Shown: piece by piece, positions 6,678 to 15,160 of the stretch
How positions within the stretch are numbered: the stretch's first letter is position 1
Layout of the letters: each line of letters begins with the position of its first letter
NCBI GenBank assembly: GCA_963792415.1
Contig: CAWBVY010000006.1
Span: 352,001-416,000, forward strand
Direction: 5' to 3'
Length of the DNA stretch: 64,000 nucleotides
From: Candidatus Deferrimicrobiaceae bacterium
GTDB taxonomy: Bacteria; Desulfobacterota; Deferrimicrobia; Deferrimicrobiales; Deferrimicrobiaceae
Position numbers and translations under genes: made by a program
The notes under the pieces: generated by a model
What the model was told of the DNA's origin: nothing
What the model saw: the letters and a program-made list of their open reading frames with translations, nothing else
The model's database searches: none

Positions 6678-8594
6678 CTACCGCTTCTTGAACGGTCCCC
6701 GGGGCTTCGGGGGGGACTTCTTCTTCCCGGGGTGTTTCGCGCCCCGCTTCCAGGCGGGCTTCGGCTGGCGCGGCCCCTTGCGCTCGGCGTCCCTGGCCGC
6801 GATCGCCGCCTTCTCCTTCTCGACCTCTTTTTTTCGCGCCGCCTCGTTGATCGACTGCTTGATCACCTTCCGCTTCCCGCGGTCGGCGGGAGTCTCGAAC
6901 CGCTTCGGCCGGCGCGGCACGTCGGCGGGGGGCTTCTGGCCGGCCACTTCCACCTCCCGGCGGTCCATGTAGGCGTTCATCTCGCGGACTTCCTTCGACG
7001 TGAGGTAGCGCCACTCCCCCGGCTCGACGCCGGCGAGCTCCAGCGGCCCGATCGCGACGCGCCGCAGCTTGGTGACCCGGTGGCCGATGGCGTCGAACAT
7101 CTTCCGGACCTGGTGGTACCGGCCTTCCGCGATGCGCATCATCACCCACGCCTTGCCGCCCTTCTTCTCGATGAAGTTGATCTGGGCGGGGGTCGTCATC
7201 TTCCCCTCGATCGCCACGCCGCGGCGCAGGACGTTCAGCTCCGCCGGGCGGGGGACGCTCTGCAGCTTGGCGATGTACGTCTTCTCGACGCCGAACCGCG
7301 GGTGCGTGAGCCGGTAGGCGAACTCGCCGTCGTTCGTGAGCAGGAGCAGCCCGGTCGTGTGGAAGTCGAGGCGGCCGACGGGGAAGACGCGGGAGGAGAG
7401 CTCGCCGACGAGCGACGGGGCGGTCTTGCGTCCCTCGCGGTCCTTCATCGTGGTCACGACGTTGTCGGGCTTGTACAGCATGATGTAGATCTTCTCTTCC
7501 TGGACGGGAACGAGGGTGCGGCCGTCGAGGCGCACCTCCTGCGTGGCCGGGTCCCACAGCGTGCCGGGGTCCAGGACGGGAACGCCGCCCACGGTGACGC
7601 GGCCGTTGCGGACCATCTCGTCGGCCACGCGGCGGGAGACGCTCGCGGCCAGCGAGAGGTACCGGTTCAGGCGCTCAGTCGCCATTTTTTGGCTCGCTCC
7701 CCCCCCTCCCGCCTTCGAGGCGGCGTCCGACAGCTCGGCCTCGGTCACGTCCGGCGGGATCTCCCTTTCCGGCGCGGAGCCCCCTTCCGCCGCCGGCCCG
7801 GCTTCGGCCAGGCTCGCGGCGAGCTCGTCCCCGCCCTGGTCGATGGCACCGTCGGAGATCGCCGGCAGGTGCATCGTCGGGCGGCTTTCCTCGACCGGCG
7901 TGCCGGTGGAGGCGGCGAGGAAGTCCTCGATATCCCGCATCGACGGCAGCTCGGAGAGGGAGCCGAGGCTGAACGTCTCCATGAACTCCCGGGTGGTTCC
8001 GAAGAGGAACGGCTTTCCGGGGACGTCCTTCTTCCCCATCACCTTGACGAGCCGCCGGTCCATCAGGGTCTTCAAGGATCCGGCGCAATCCACCCCGCGG
8101 ATCTGTTCGATCTCCTGCCGGGTCAGCGGCTGCTTGTAGGCGATGATCGCCAGCGTCTCCAGCGCGGCCCGGGAGAAGCGCGGCGGCTTCACGTCGAAGA
8201 GACGGCGCACGTGCTCCTGGTTCGCCGGGCTGGTGCGGAACTGAAACCCCTTTGCCACCTCTTCCACGAGGATGCCCGAGGAATCCGCGGGGTATTTCGC
8301 CCGGAGGAGGGCGAGCACCTCACGCACCTGTGCCCGGTTGAGGCCGCCCAGCAGCTGGCGCGCCTTGTCGAGGGAAATCGGCTCGGTGGAAACGAGGAGG
8401 AGGCTCTCCAGGATCGATGCGGCGCGCGGAAGATCGGCGTCCGGCTCCGGCGGCTCCGGCTCCGCCCCGGGGGCGGGGCGCAGCAGCTCGTCGACGGTGA
8501 TCGACTCCCCGGACGCCGGCGGCACCGTCGGAGGGTCGGCGGACGCCGGCGGATCACTCCCCGTCGACGGATTCGGTTTCGGTGTCTCTTCCAT
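6678..8594 (-). CDS. scpB: ScpB (N-terminal) in frame with RluB pseudouridine synthase (from ATG at 7685)
   Basis: ALETLAIIAYKQP.TR.EIE.IRGV and GKPFLFGTT (ScpB); S4 domain ERLNRYL...SRR.AD and VGRLD..TTGLLLLTNDG (RluB/RsuA family). Confidence 0.88.
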   Translation of the reverse strand: MEETPKPNPSTGSDPPASADPPTVPPASGESITVDELLRPAPGAEPEPPEPDADLPRAASILESLLLVSTEPISLDKARQLLGGLNRAQVREVLALLRAKYPADSSGILVEEVAKGFQFRTSPANQEHVRRLFDVKPPRFSRAALETLAIIAYKQPLTRQEIEQIRGVDCAGSLKTLMDRRLVKVMGKKDVPGKPFLFGTTREFMETFSLGSLSELPSMRDIEDFLAASTGTPVEESRPTMHLPAISDGAIDQGGDELAASLAEAGPAAEGGSAPEREIPPDVTEAELSDAASKAGGGGASQKMATERLNRYLSLAASVSRRVADEMVRNGRVTVGGVPVLDPGTLWDPATQEVRLDGRTLVPVQEEKIYIMLYKPDNVVTTMKDREGRKTAPSLVGELSSRVFPVGRLDFHTTGLLLLTNDGEFAYRLTHPRFGVEKTYIAKLQSVPRPAELNVLRRGVAIEGKMTTPAQINFIEKKGGKAWVMMRIAEGRYHQVRKMFDAIGHRVTKLRRVAIGPLELAGVEPGEWRYLTSKEVREMNAYMDRREVEVAGQKPPADVPRRPKRFETPADRGKRKVIKQSINEAARKKEVEKEKAAIAARDAERKGPRQPKPAWKRGAKHPGKKKSPPKPRGPFKKR

Positions 8595-9381
8595 TTTCGG
8601 TCTCCCGGACGGCGGGCACGATGCTGATCAGCCCCAGCGGGTTCGCCTGGTACACGCGAATCGTCTTGAGGCGGACCAGCTCGAGGATGCCCAGAAAAAA
8701 GGATACGATCTCGTTCCTCGACTGGCAATGCGCAACGATGTCCTCGAAGCGGATGGACCCCTCCTCCTTCAGGCGATCGAGGAGGAAAGCGATGGCGTCG
8801 GCGATGGTGAGCCGATCGACGGAGAACTCCGCGGCGGCGTCGACGGGCATCCGCGCCAGGGCGTCCTTGAAGGCCGTGATGAGGTCCGCCATCGAAAGCT
8901 CCGTGATGAGGAGCTCCTCGCCCGGGATCTCCTCCCCGAGGAAATCGCGTACGAAGACGTCCCGCCCCAGCACCGGGCGGTCGCCCAGGCGCGCCGCCGC
9001 CTCCTTGAACCGCTCGTACTCGATCAGGCGCCGGGACAGCTCCTGGCGCATCACCTCGGGGTCCTCCTCTTCCTCCTCGTCCCCGTGTCGCGGCAGGAGC
9101 GACTTCGACTTGATGTGGACGAGGGTGGAGGCCATCACCAGGAACTCGCCCGCGACATCGAGGTTCAGCGCCTGCATCAGGTCGAGGTAGGCCAGGTACT
9201 GCTCGGTGATCTTCGCGATCGGGATGTCGTTGATGTCGAGCTTCTGATCGCGGACCAGGTGCAGCAGGATGTCGAGGGGGCCCTCGAAGACGTCGAGGCG
9301 CAACGGGACCTCCCCGACGGGGCTTGTCGGGGGGGCGCCGGCGTGCCGGGCGGGATCCGGCCTTTCGTCAGATCCGGACAG
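8554..9381 (-). CDS. scpA: Segregation and condensation protein A (start uncertain: CTG 9381 or TTG 9303)
   Basis: FEGPLDILLHL, AGEFLVMASTL..IKSK.LLP, FLGILEL. Confidence 0.92.
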   Translation of the reverse strand: MSGSDERPDPARHAGAPPTSPVGEVPLRLDVFEGPLDILLHLVRDQKLDINDIPIAKITEQYLAYLDLMQALNLDVAGEFLVMASTLVHIKSKSLLPRHGDEEEEEDPEVMRQELSRRLIEYERFKEAAARLGDRPVLGRDVFVRDFLGEEIPGEELLITELSMADLITAFKDALARMPVDAAAEFSVDRLTIADAIAFLLDRLKEEGSIRFEDIVAHCQSRNEIVSFFLGILELVRLKTIRVYQANPLGLISIVPAVRETENGRDTETESVDGE

Positions 9382-10348
9382 CGTCCCGGACCTCCGCCAT
9401 CTTGGCGCCCGCCACCTCCCGCGCGCGGCGCGTGCCGTCGGCCAGGATGTCGCGCACGGAGACGCCGCTTTCGAGGACCTGCAGGCGCTTCTCGCGAACC
9501 GGGGCGAGGACCTTCTCCATCCCTTCGAACATCCACTTCTTGCACTCGATGCACCCGATGCCCGCGGTGCGGCACCCCACGTCCACCTTCGCGACCGTCG
9601 CATCGTCCGAAAAGATCTTGTGGTAGGAGAATATGTTGCAGATCTCGGGATTCCCGCAGTCGGTGCGCCGCTGCCGCGCCGGGTCGGTGACCATCGTCTT
9701 CACCTTCCCCCACGCCTCCTCCGACGTGTCGGAGAGGAGGATCGCGTTGCCGTAGCTCTTGCTCATCTTCCGGGTGTCGGTCCCCATCATCTTCGACGTC
9801 TCGGTCAGGTACGCCTCGGGGACGGTCAGGCACTCCCTGTACAGGAAGTTGAACCGCCGGGCGATCTCGCGGGTGAGCTCGAGGTGCGGGACCTGGTCGA
9901 TGCCGACGGGGACGAGCGTGGCGTCGTACATCAGGATGTCGGCCGCCTGGAGGACCGGGTAGCCGAGGAAGCCGTACGTCTGCAGGTCGCGCGTGGTCTG
10001 CTCCCGGAGCTGCTCCTTGTAGGTCGGGTTCCGCTCCAGCCACGGCAGCGGCGTGATCATGGAGAGGAGCAGGTGCAGCTCGGCGTGCTCGGGGACGTGG
10101 CTCTGGATGAAGAGCGTCGCCCTTTGCGGGTCGATCCCGGAGGCCAGCCAGTCGATGACCATGTCGTCGATGCTCTCGCGGATCACGGCGGTGCGGTCGT
10201 ACTCGGTGGTCAGCGCGTGCCAGTCGGCGACGAAGAAGAAGCAGTCGTTCTCCTCCTGGAGCTTCTTCCAGTTGACCAGGACCCCGAGGTAGTGCCCCAG
10301 GTGAAGCTGACCGCTCGGCCGCATGCCGCTCAAGACCCGTTTCCGCAA
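9368..10348 (-). CDS. trpS: Tryptophanyl-tRNA synthetase
   Basis: SGMRPSG.LHLGH, YPVLQAADIL, VPVG.DQ, KMSKS. Confidence 0.97.
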   Translation of the reverse strand: MRKRVLSGMRPSGQLHLGHYLGVLVNWKKLQEENDCFFFVADWHALTTEYDRTAVIRESIDDMVIDWLASGIDPQRATLFIQSHVPEHAELHLLLSMITPLPWLERNPTYKEQLREQTTRDLQTYGFLGYPVLQAADILMYDATLVPVGIDQVPHLELTREIARRFNFLYRECLTVPEAYLTETSKMMGTDTRKMSKSYGNAILLSDTSEEAWGKVKTMVTDPARQRRTDCGNPEICNIFSYHKIFSDDATVAKVDVGCRTAGIGCIECKKWMFEGMEKVLAPVREKRLQVLESGVSVRDILADGTRRAREVAGAKMAEVRDAVRI

Positions 10349-10372
10349 CGCCTCGCCTCCGCCGGTGATGGG

Positions 10373-11071
10373 TTATCCGCCCAGGATGAATGTCGAGAGA
10401 GTGCCGACGAACCGCCAGATTACACCAAGCGGGCCGACCATGAGAAGCAGAAGAACGATCAGCATGCCGTAGCGCTCCACCGACGCCAGCGCCATCGAGG
10501 GACCGGGCGGCAGCAGGCCCACGGCGATCCGTCCGCCGTCCAGGGGAGGGACCGGGATCAGGTTGAAGACGGCCAGGAGCACGTTGAACTGCACGGAGAC
10601 GACGCACATGAGCGTCAGGGGGATTAGGACGGCGCGTGCCGGGGTGGTCGTCAGGGGGGCGGCGCCGTGCGTCATCGCCTCGAGCAGGAGGGCCGGGTCG
10701 ATGGTGGTGAGGATGCGGAACAGGATGCCGGAGAGGGCGGCCAGGCCGAGGTTCGTGACGACCCCCGCGGCGGCGACGAAGATCGGGTCCCGCTTCTGGT
10801 CGCGCAGCAGGCGAAAGTTGACGGGGACCGGCTTGGCCCACCCGAACACGACCCCCGTGCCCAGCAGGAGCATCATGGCCGGGAGGAGGATCGTCCCGAA
10901 CGGATCGATGTGGGGAAGCGGGTTGAGCGTCACCCGCCCCAGCATCTTCGCCGTGGGATCCCCCTTCCTGTACGCGGCCCAGCCGTGCGCCGCCTCGTGG
11001 AAGGTGATCGCAAGGATGACGGGGATCGCATATACGGAAAGTTTGTGAAGGAACTGTGCTATGTCGGGCAA
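10373..11071 (-). CDS. Site-2 protease (M50) family
   Basis: HEAAH and NLIPVPPLDGG. Confidence 0.93.
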   Translation of the reverse strand: MPDIAQFLHKLSVYAIPVILAITFHEAAHGWAAYRKGDPTAKMLGRVTLNPLPHIDPFGTILLPAMMLLLGTGVVFGWAKPVPVNFRLLRDQKRDPIFVAAAGVVTNLGLAALSGILFRILTTIDPALLLEAMTHGAAPLTTTPARAVLIPLTLMCVVSVQFNVLLAVFNLIPVPPLDGGRIAVGLLPPGPSMALASVERYGMLIVLLLLMVGPLGVIWRFVGTLSTFILGG

Positions 11072-11099
11072 ACCGTCATCCTTTCTGTTCGGGAGGGTC

Positions 11100-13751
11100 T
11101 TATTCTACCACCGAAGAGGGTGTCGGGGGAGCGTGGGAGAGGAGGTAGGCGATCTCCTCCTTCTTGTTGCGGAGTTCGCCGGCCAGCCGTCGCTCGAGGA
11201 GGAGGTCGAAGATCTCCTTGAAGCGCGGGCCGGGAGAATACCCGAGCTCGAGGAGGTCCTGCCCGTTCAGATGGAGGCGGACGTTTTTCAACTGGGTGTA
11301 ATACAGGGAAATATATCTTTTTATATCGGGATGTTTCGCTCGTGCCATCAAGTAAAGAATCACTTCGGTCGGCAAGGGGGAGAGTACGTCGTGGATCAAC
11401 TTCCGGGAGACGGAAGGCGTCGAAATCAGCCGCAGGATCACGCTCTCCCCCTCGTCCTTGCAGATCCTGACCCACTCGCGCACCCGGGAGCGCACTCCGA
11501 AATCCTTCGCCAGCTTCTTCGCGTCGTCCGCGGGAAGGGGGTCGAGGATCGCGAGGAACGACACCGCCCACCTCTCGACCTTCTCCTCGAGGAAGAGGAG
11601 GGAGAACCAGGCGAGCACCTTCTGCACCTCGCCGAGGAGCGCCAGGTGCGGCTTGTCGAGCGTCAGGGCGGGATGGATCGACGTCCCGAGGCCGAGTTCG
11701 GAGAGGCGCCGGATGATCCAAACCGGATCCTTCTCTTTAAGTATCAGCTCCAACTCACTGTATAATCTTGGCTTTGGAATCCTGGCCAAAAGGTCCAGCC
11801 GGACGGCGTTCCGGATGAGGTTCAACGTGTGCCGGCCGACAGTGAAGCCGAACCGCCGCTCGAAGCGCATCGCCCGGAGGATCCGCGTCGGGTCCTCGAC
11901 AAACGACAGGGAGTGGAGCACCCGGATGACCTTCTCCTTGATGTCCCGCTGTGCGCCGAAGAAGTCGACCACCTCCCCGAACCCCTCGGGGGAAAGCCGC
12001 ACGGCCAGGGTATTGATGACGAAATCCCGGCGATACATGTCCTGCTTGAGGGAGCTGTACTCCACCGTGGGGAGGGCTGCCGGCTTGAGGTAATATTCTA
12101 CGCGCGCGGTGGCGACGTCGATCTTGAAGTCGTCCTGGAAGACCAGCACCGCGGTGCCGAACTTGTGGTGCGGCCGGACGCGGGCGCCCTGCTCCTCGGC
12201 GAACTCCTCGGCGAACCGGATCCCGTCCCCCTCCACCACGATGTCCACGTCGAGGTTGTCGACCCGCATCACGAGGTCGCGAACGAACCCCCCGACGGCG
12301 AACGCCTTCATCCCCAGCCGTTCCGCGCACTCCCCCGCCGCCCGCAGCAGGGACAGCACGCGCGCGGGAAGACGATCCCGCATCAGGTTCCCGACGTTCT
12401 TGCGGGGCGCCATCGCCCCTTCCGCGTCGACATCCTCCTCGATTCCGGGATGCTCCACGTCCCGAAGGTCGTAGAGGAAGAGGAGCAGCCCCGTCCGGGT
12501 GATGACTCCGAGGAGCTCCTTCCCCCGAACCACCGGGACCAGCCGCTGGTTCTTCCCGATGATGATCTCCTCGATCCGCTCGATCTCGGTTTCGGGCGTC
12601 GCCGTCTCGTAGTCGGCGTTCATGTACTCCCCCGCCCGCTCCCCGCCCAGGCCGTGGTAGACGGCCTTCTCCACCACCTGCCGGGTAAGGATCCCCACCA
12701 CCTTCCCGCCTCGCATCACCGGAACGGCGTTGATGTTGGACCGGGTGAGCGCGTGGTGCACCTCGAGGATCGTATCCCCGGCGTCGACGGTGCGCGCGGG
12801 GGACGCCATCACGTCCGCTGCCGAGCGCCTGGGGATCACTTTCTCCTCGAGCACGCGCAGGATCTTCTCCCGGACCTGGAACGTCGTCATCTCCTTCACC
12901 GTCGCCGAGGCGGCGTAGGCGTGCCCGCCGCCGCCGAATTCCCGCATCACCGCGGCCGCGTCCACCTCCGGCTTCCGGCTGCGGCCCACCAGCACGACCC
13001 GATCCCCCATCTGGCAGATGGCGAAGAGGATGCTCACCCCCTCCATGTCGCGCAATTTGTGCACAAGGAGCGCCAGGTCCCCGACGTACTCCTCCCGTCG
13101 CGCCTCGGCGATCACCACCTCGACCCCGCGGATCTTGTACTCCCGCGTCCCCTGGAGCAGGTCGTACAGCAGGGAGATCTGCCCGGAGGTCAGATCCTTG
13201 GCGAGGATATCGGACACCTGGGTGAGCATCGCCCCGCAGGAGAGCAGGTGCGCCGCGGCGAGATAGTCTTCCACCGTGGTCGACGGGAATCCGAGCGAGC
13301 CGGTGTCCTCGTAGATCCCCAGCATCATCACCGTCGCCTCGTCCGGCGTGATGGGGATCCCGCGCTCCTTGAGGATATGGACGAGGATCGTCGTGGTCGA
13401 ACCGACGCGCCGGATCACCTCGAGGTCGCCCTTGACGTCGGCATCCTCGTCGGGATGGTGGTCGTAGACGTGGACGAGGACACCCGGGCGCCCGATCAGT
13501 TCCCCGAAGATCCCGATGCGGGAGCGGGTGCGGATGTCGACCAGGATCAGGCGGGTCACCTTGTCGAGGTCGATCTCGCGGGGCTTTCGCATCGGCAGGT
13601 TGTAGAAGGCGGACTGGACGAGGAACCCCTTGACCGTCTCTTCCTGCGACCCTGGCAGGACGCAGATCGCCTCGGGGTAAAGTTTGCACGCCGCGAGCAT
13701 CGACCCGATGGTGTCGAAGTCGGCGTTCAGGTGGGTGGTGATGACGTCCAT
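11100..13751 (-). CDS. DHH-CBS-nucleotidyltransferase (A-adding tRNA nucleotidyltransferase type)
   Basis: TTH.NADFD, YDHH, GGGH, two CBS domains, VGGFVRD, DVDIVVE, RRDF, DPTRILRA.RF. Confidence 0.9.
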   Translation of the reverse strand: MDVITTHLNADFDTIGSMLAACKLYPEAICVLPGSQEETVKGFLVQSAFYNLPMRKPREIDLDKVTRLILVDIRTRSRIGIFGELIGRPGVLVHVYDHHPDEDADVKGDLEVIRRVGSTTTILVHILKERGIPITPDEATVMMLGIYEDTGSLGFPSTTVEDYLAAAHLLSCGAMLTQVSDILAKDLTSGQISLLYDLLQGTREYKIRGVEVVIAEARREEYVGDLALLVHKLRDMEGVSILFAICQMGDRVVLVGRSRKPEVDAAAVMREFGGGGHAYAASATVKEMTTFQVREKILRVLEEKVIPRRSAADVMASPARTVDAGDTILEVHHALTRSNINAVPVMRGGKVVGILTRQVVEKAVYHGLGGERAGEYMNADYETATPETEIERIEEIIIGKNQRLVPVVRGKELLGVITRTGLLLFLYDLRDVEHPGIEEDVDAEGAMAPRKNVGNLMRDRLPARVLSLLRAAGECAERLGMKAFAVGGFVRDLVMRVDNLDVDIVVEGDGIRFAEEFAEEQGARVRPHHKFGTAVLVFQDDFKIDVATARVEYYLKPAALPTVEYSSLKQDMYRRDFVINTLAVRLSPEGFGEVVDFFGAQRDIKEKVIRVLHSLSFVEDPTRILRAMRFERRFGFTVGRHTLNLIRNAVRLDLLARIPKPRLYSELELILKEKDPVWIIRRLSELGLGTSIHPALTLDKPHLALLGEVQKVLAWFSLLFLEEKVERWAVSFLAILDPLPADDAKKLAKDFGVRSRVREWVRICKDEGESVILRLISTPSVSRKLIHDVLSPLPTEVILYLMARAKHPDIKRYISLYYTQLKNVRLHLNGQDLLELGYSPGPRFKEIFDLLLERRLAGELRNKKEEIAYLLSHAPPTPSSVVE

Positions 13752-13758
13752 GTCGGTG

Positions 13759-14652
13759 TTACCCGCGGGGGTGGTGCTTGCCGTGGATGTCCCGCAGCCG
13801 CTCCGGGGTGACGTGCGTGTAGATCTGGGTGGTGGCGATGTCGGCGTGACCGAGCATCGCCTGGACCGCGCGCAGGTCCGCGCCCCCGGCCAGCAGGTGG
13901 CTGGCGAACGAGTGGCGCAGCGTGTGCGGGGAGATCCGCTGCTCGATCCCCGCCGCCAGCGCCCAGCGCCGGATCCGGTTCCACAACGTCTGCCGGGTGA
14001 TCGCCTTTCCGCGCCGCGAGAGGAACAGGTCGCTCGAATACCGCTTCCCCAGGAACGACTGCCGCGCGGTGGCGGTGTACTCCCCGAGAGCGGTCAGGGC
14101 GACGTCCGCCACCGGCACCACCCGCTCCTTGCCGCCCTTTCCCAGAACGTACAGGAAACCGGCGTTCGCGTCGACGTTCTGGAGCCGGAGGGTCACCACC
14201 TCGGAGGCGCGCAGCCCCGAGGCGTACATGATCGTCAGCATCGCCCGGTCGCGGATCCCCTCCGGGGTGCTCCCGTCCGGCGCGGCCAGGAGCCGGTCCA
14301 CCTGCGTGAGGGTGAGGTATTTCGGCAGCGGCCGCCCGAGCCGGGGCGCCTTGACCCCGGTGATGGGGGACGCGTCGAGAACCCCCTCGCGCACGAGGAA
14401 CCGGAAGAAGGAGCGCAGCGTCGAGACGTGCCGGGCGGTGGAACGGGCCGAGAGGCCTCCGTCCCGGAGCGATGTGAGGTGGTCGAGGAGGTCGGGGCGG
14501 GCGAATTCTCTCGCATCGATCGCGCGTTCCGAGAGAAAGACGGAAAAGCGGTGCATGTCGGCGCCATACGCCGACAGCGTGTTTCCCGAGAGACGCCGCT
14601 CCGTCTTCAGGTGGAGGAGAAATGCGTCGAGGAGGGCGTCGTTGTCCATCAT
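13759..14652 (-). CDS. xerD: Tyrosine recombinase XerD
   Basis: YASGLRASE, GKGGKERVVP, SPHTLRHSFA, LGHADIATTQIYTHV, HPRG. Confidence 0.93.
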   Translation of the reverse strand: MMDNDALLDAFLLHLKTERRLSGNTLSAYGADMHRFSVFLSERAIDAREFARPDLLDHLTSLRDGGLSARSTARHVSTLRSFFRFLVREGVLDASPITGVKAPRLGRPLPKYLTLTQVDRLLAAPDGSTPEGIRDRAMLTIMYASGLRASEVVTLRLQNVDANAGFLYVLGKGGKERVVPVADVALTALGEYTATARQSFLGKRYSSDLFLSRRGKAITRQTLWNRIRRWALAAGIEQRISPHTLRHSFASHLLAGGADLRAVQAMLGHADIATTQIYTHVTPERLRDIHGKHHPRG

Positions 14653-15149
14653 CCGGCCTCCGGGAGGGGGATCTCCACGATCCGCGGCTCCATCGTGGAC
14701 AGGTCGACGATCGCGCACGTGTGCTTCCCCCGCATGAGACCGCACGACTCCCCCGGATTCAACACCACCGCCTTCCCCACCCGCATCGTGAGCGGCCGGT
14801 GCGTGTGGCCGAAGAGAACGAGGTCGAACCGCCCCCGCCCGGAGAGCTCCGCCTGCAGCTGGTCGTAGGAGTGCGCGAGCAGGATCGCCCGCCCGTCCAC
14901 CGTTTCGATGTGCGGCCCTTGCCGGAACGCCCCGCCGGTCGCCTCCTGCAGCCCGTCGCGGTCGGAGTCGTTGTTGCCGAAGACCCCGCGCAGCGGGACC
15001 GCCGGATCCGCGTACCCCGCGAGGACGGCCGGCGAGCAGACATCCCCGAGATGGAGCACCATCCCCACCCCCTCGGCGCGAAACAGCAGGAGCGCGCCTG
15101 CTGCGGCGCCCCGGTGGTCGTGGGAGTCGGAAAGGATCCCCACCTTCAC
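14649..15149 (-). CDS. YfcE-family metallophosphoesterase
   Basis: GTG start; SDSHD, HLGD, GNND, GHTH, NPG (tail of the track ORF 14649..17690). Confidence 0.88.
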   Translation of the reverse strand: MKVGILSDSHDHRGAAAGALLLFRAEGVGMVLHLGDVCSPAVLAGYADPAVPLRGVFGNNDSDRDGLQEATGGAFRQGPHIETVDGRAILLAHSYDQLQAELSGRGRFDLVLFGHTHRPLTMRVGKAVVLNPGESCGLMRGKHTCAIVDLSTMEPRIVEIPLPEAG

Positions 15150-15160
15150 GGGCGCATGCC

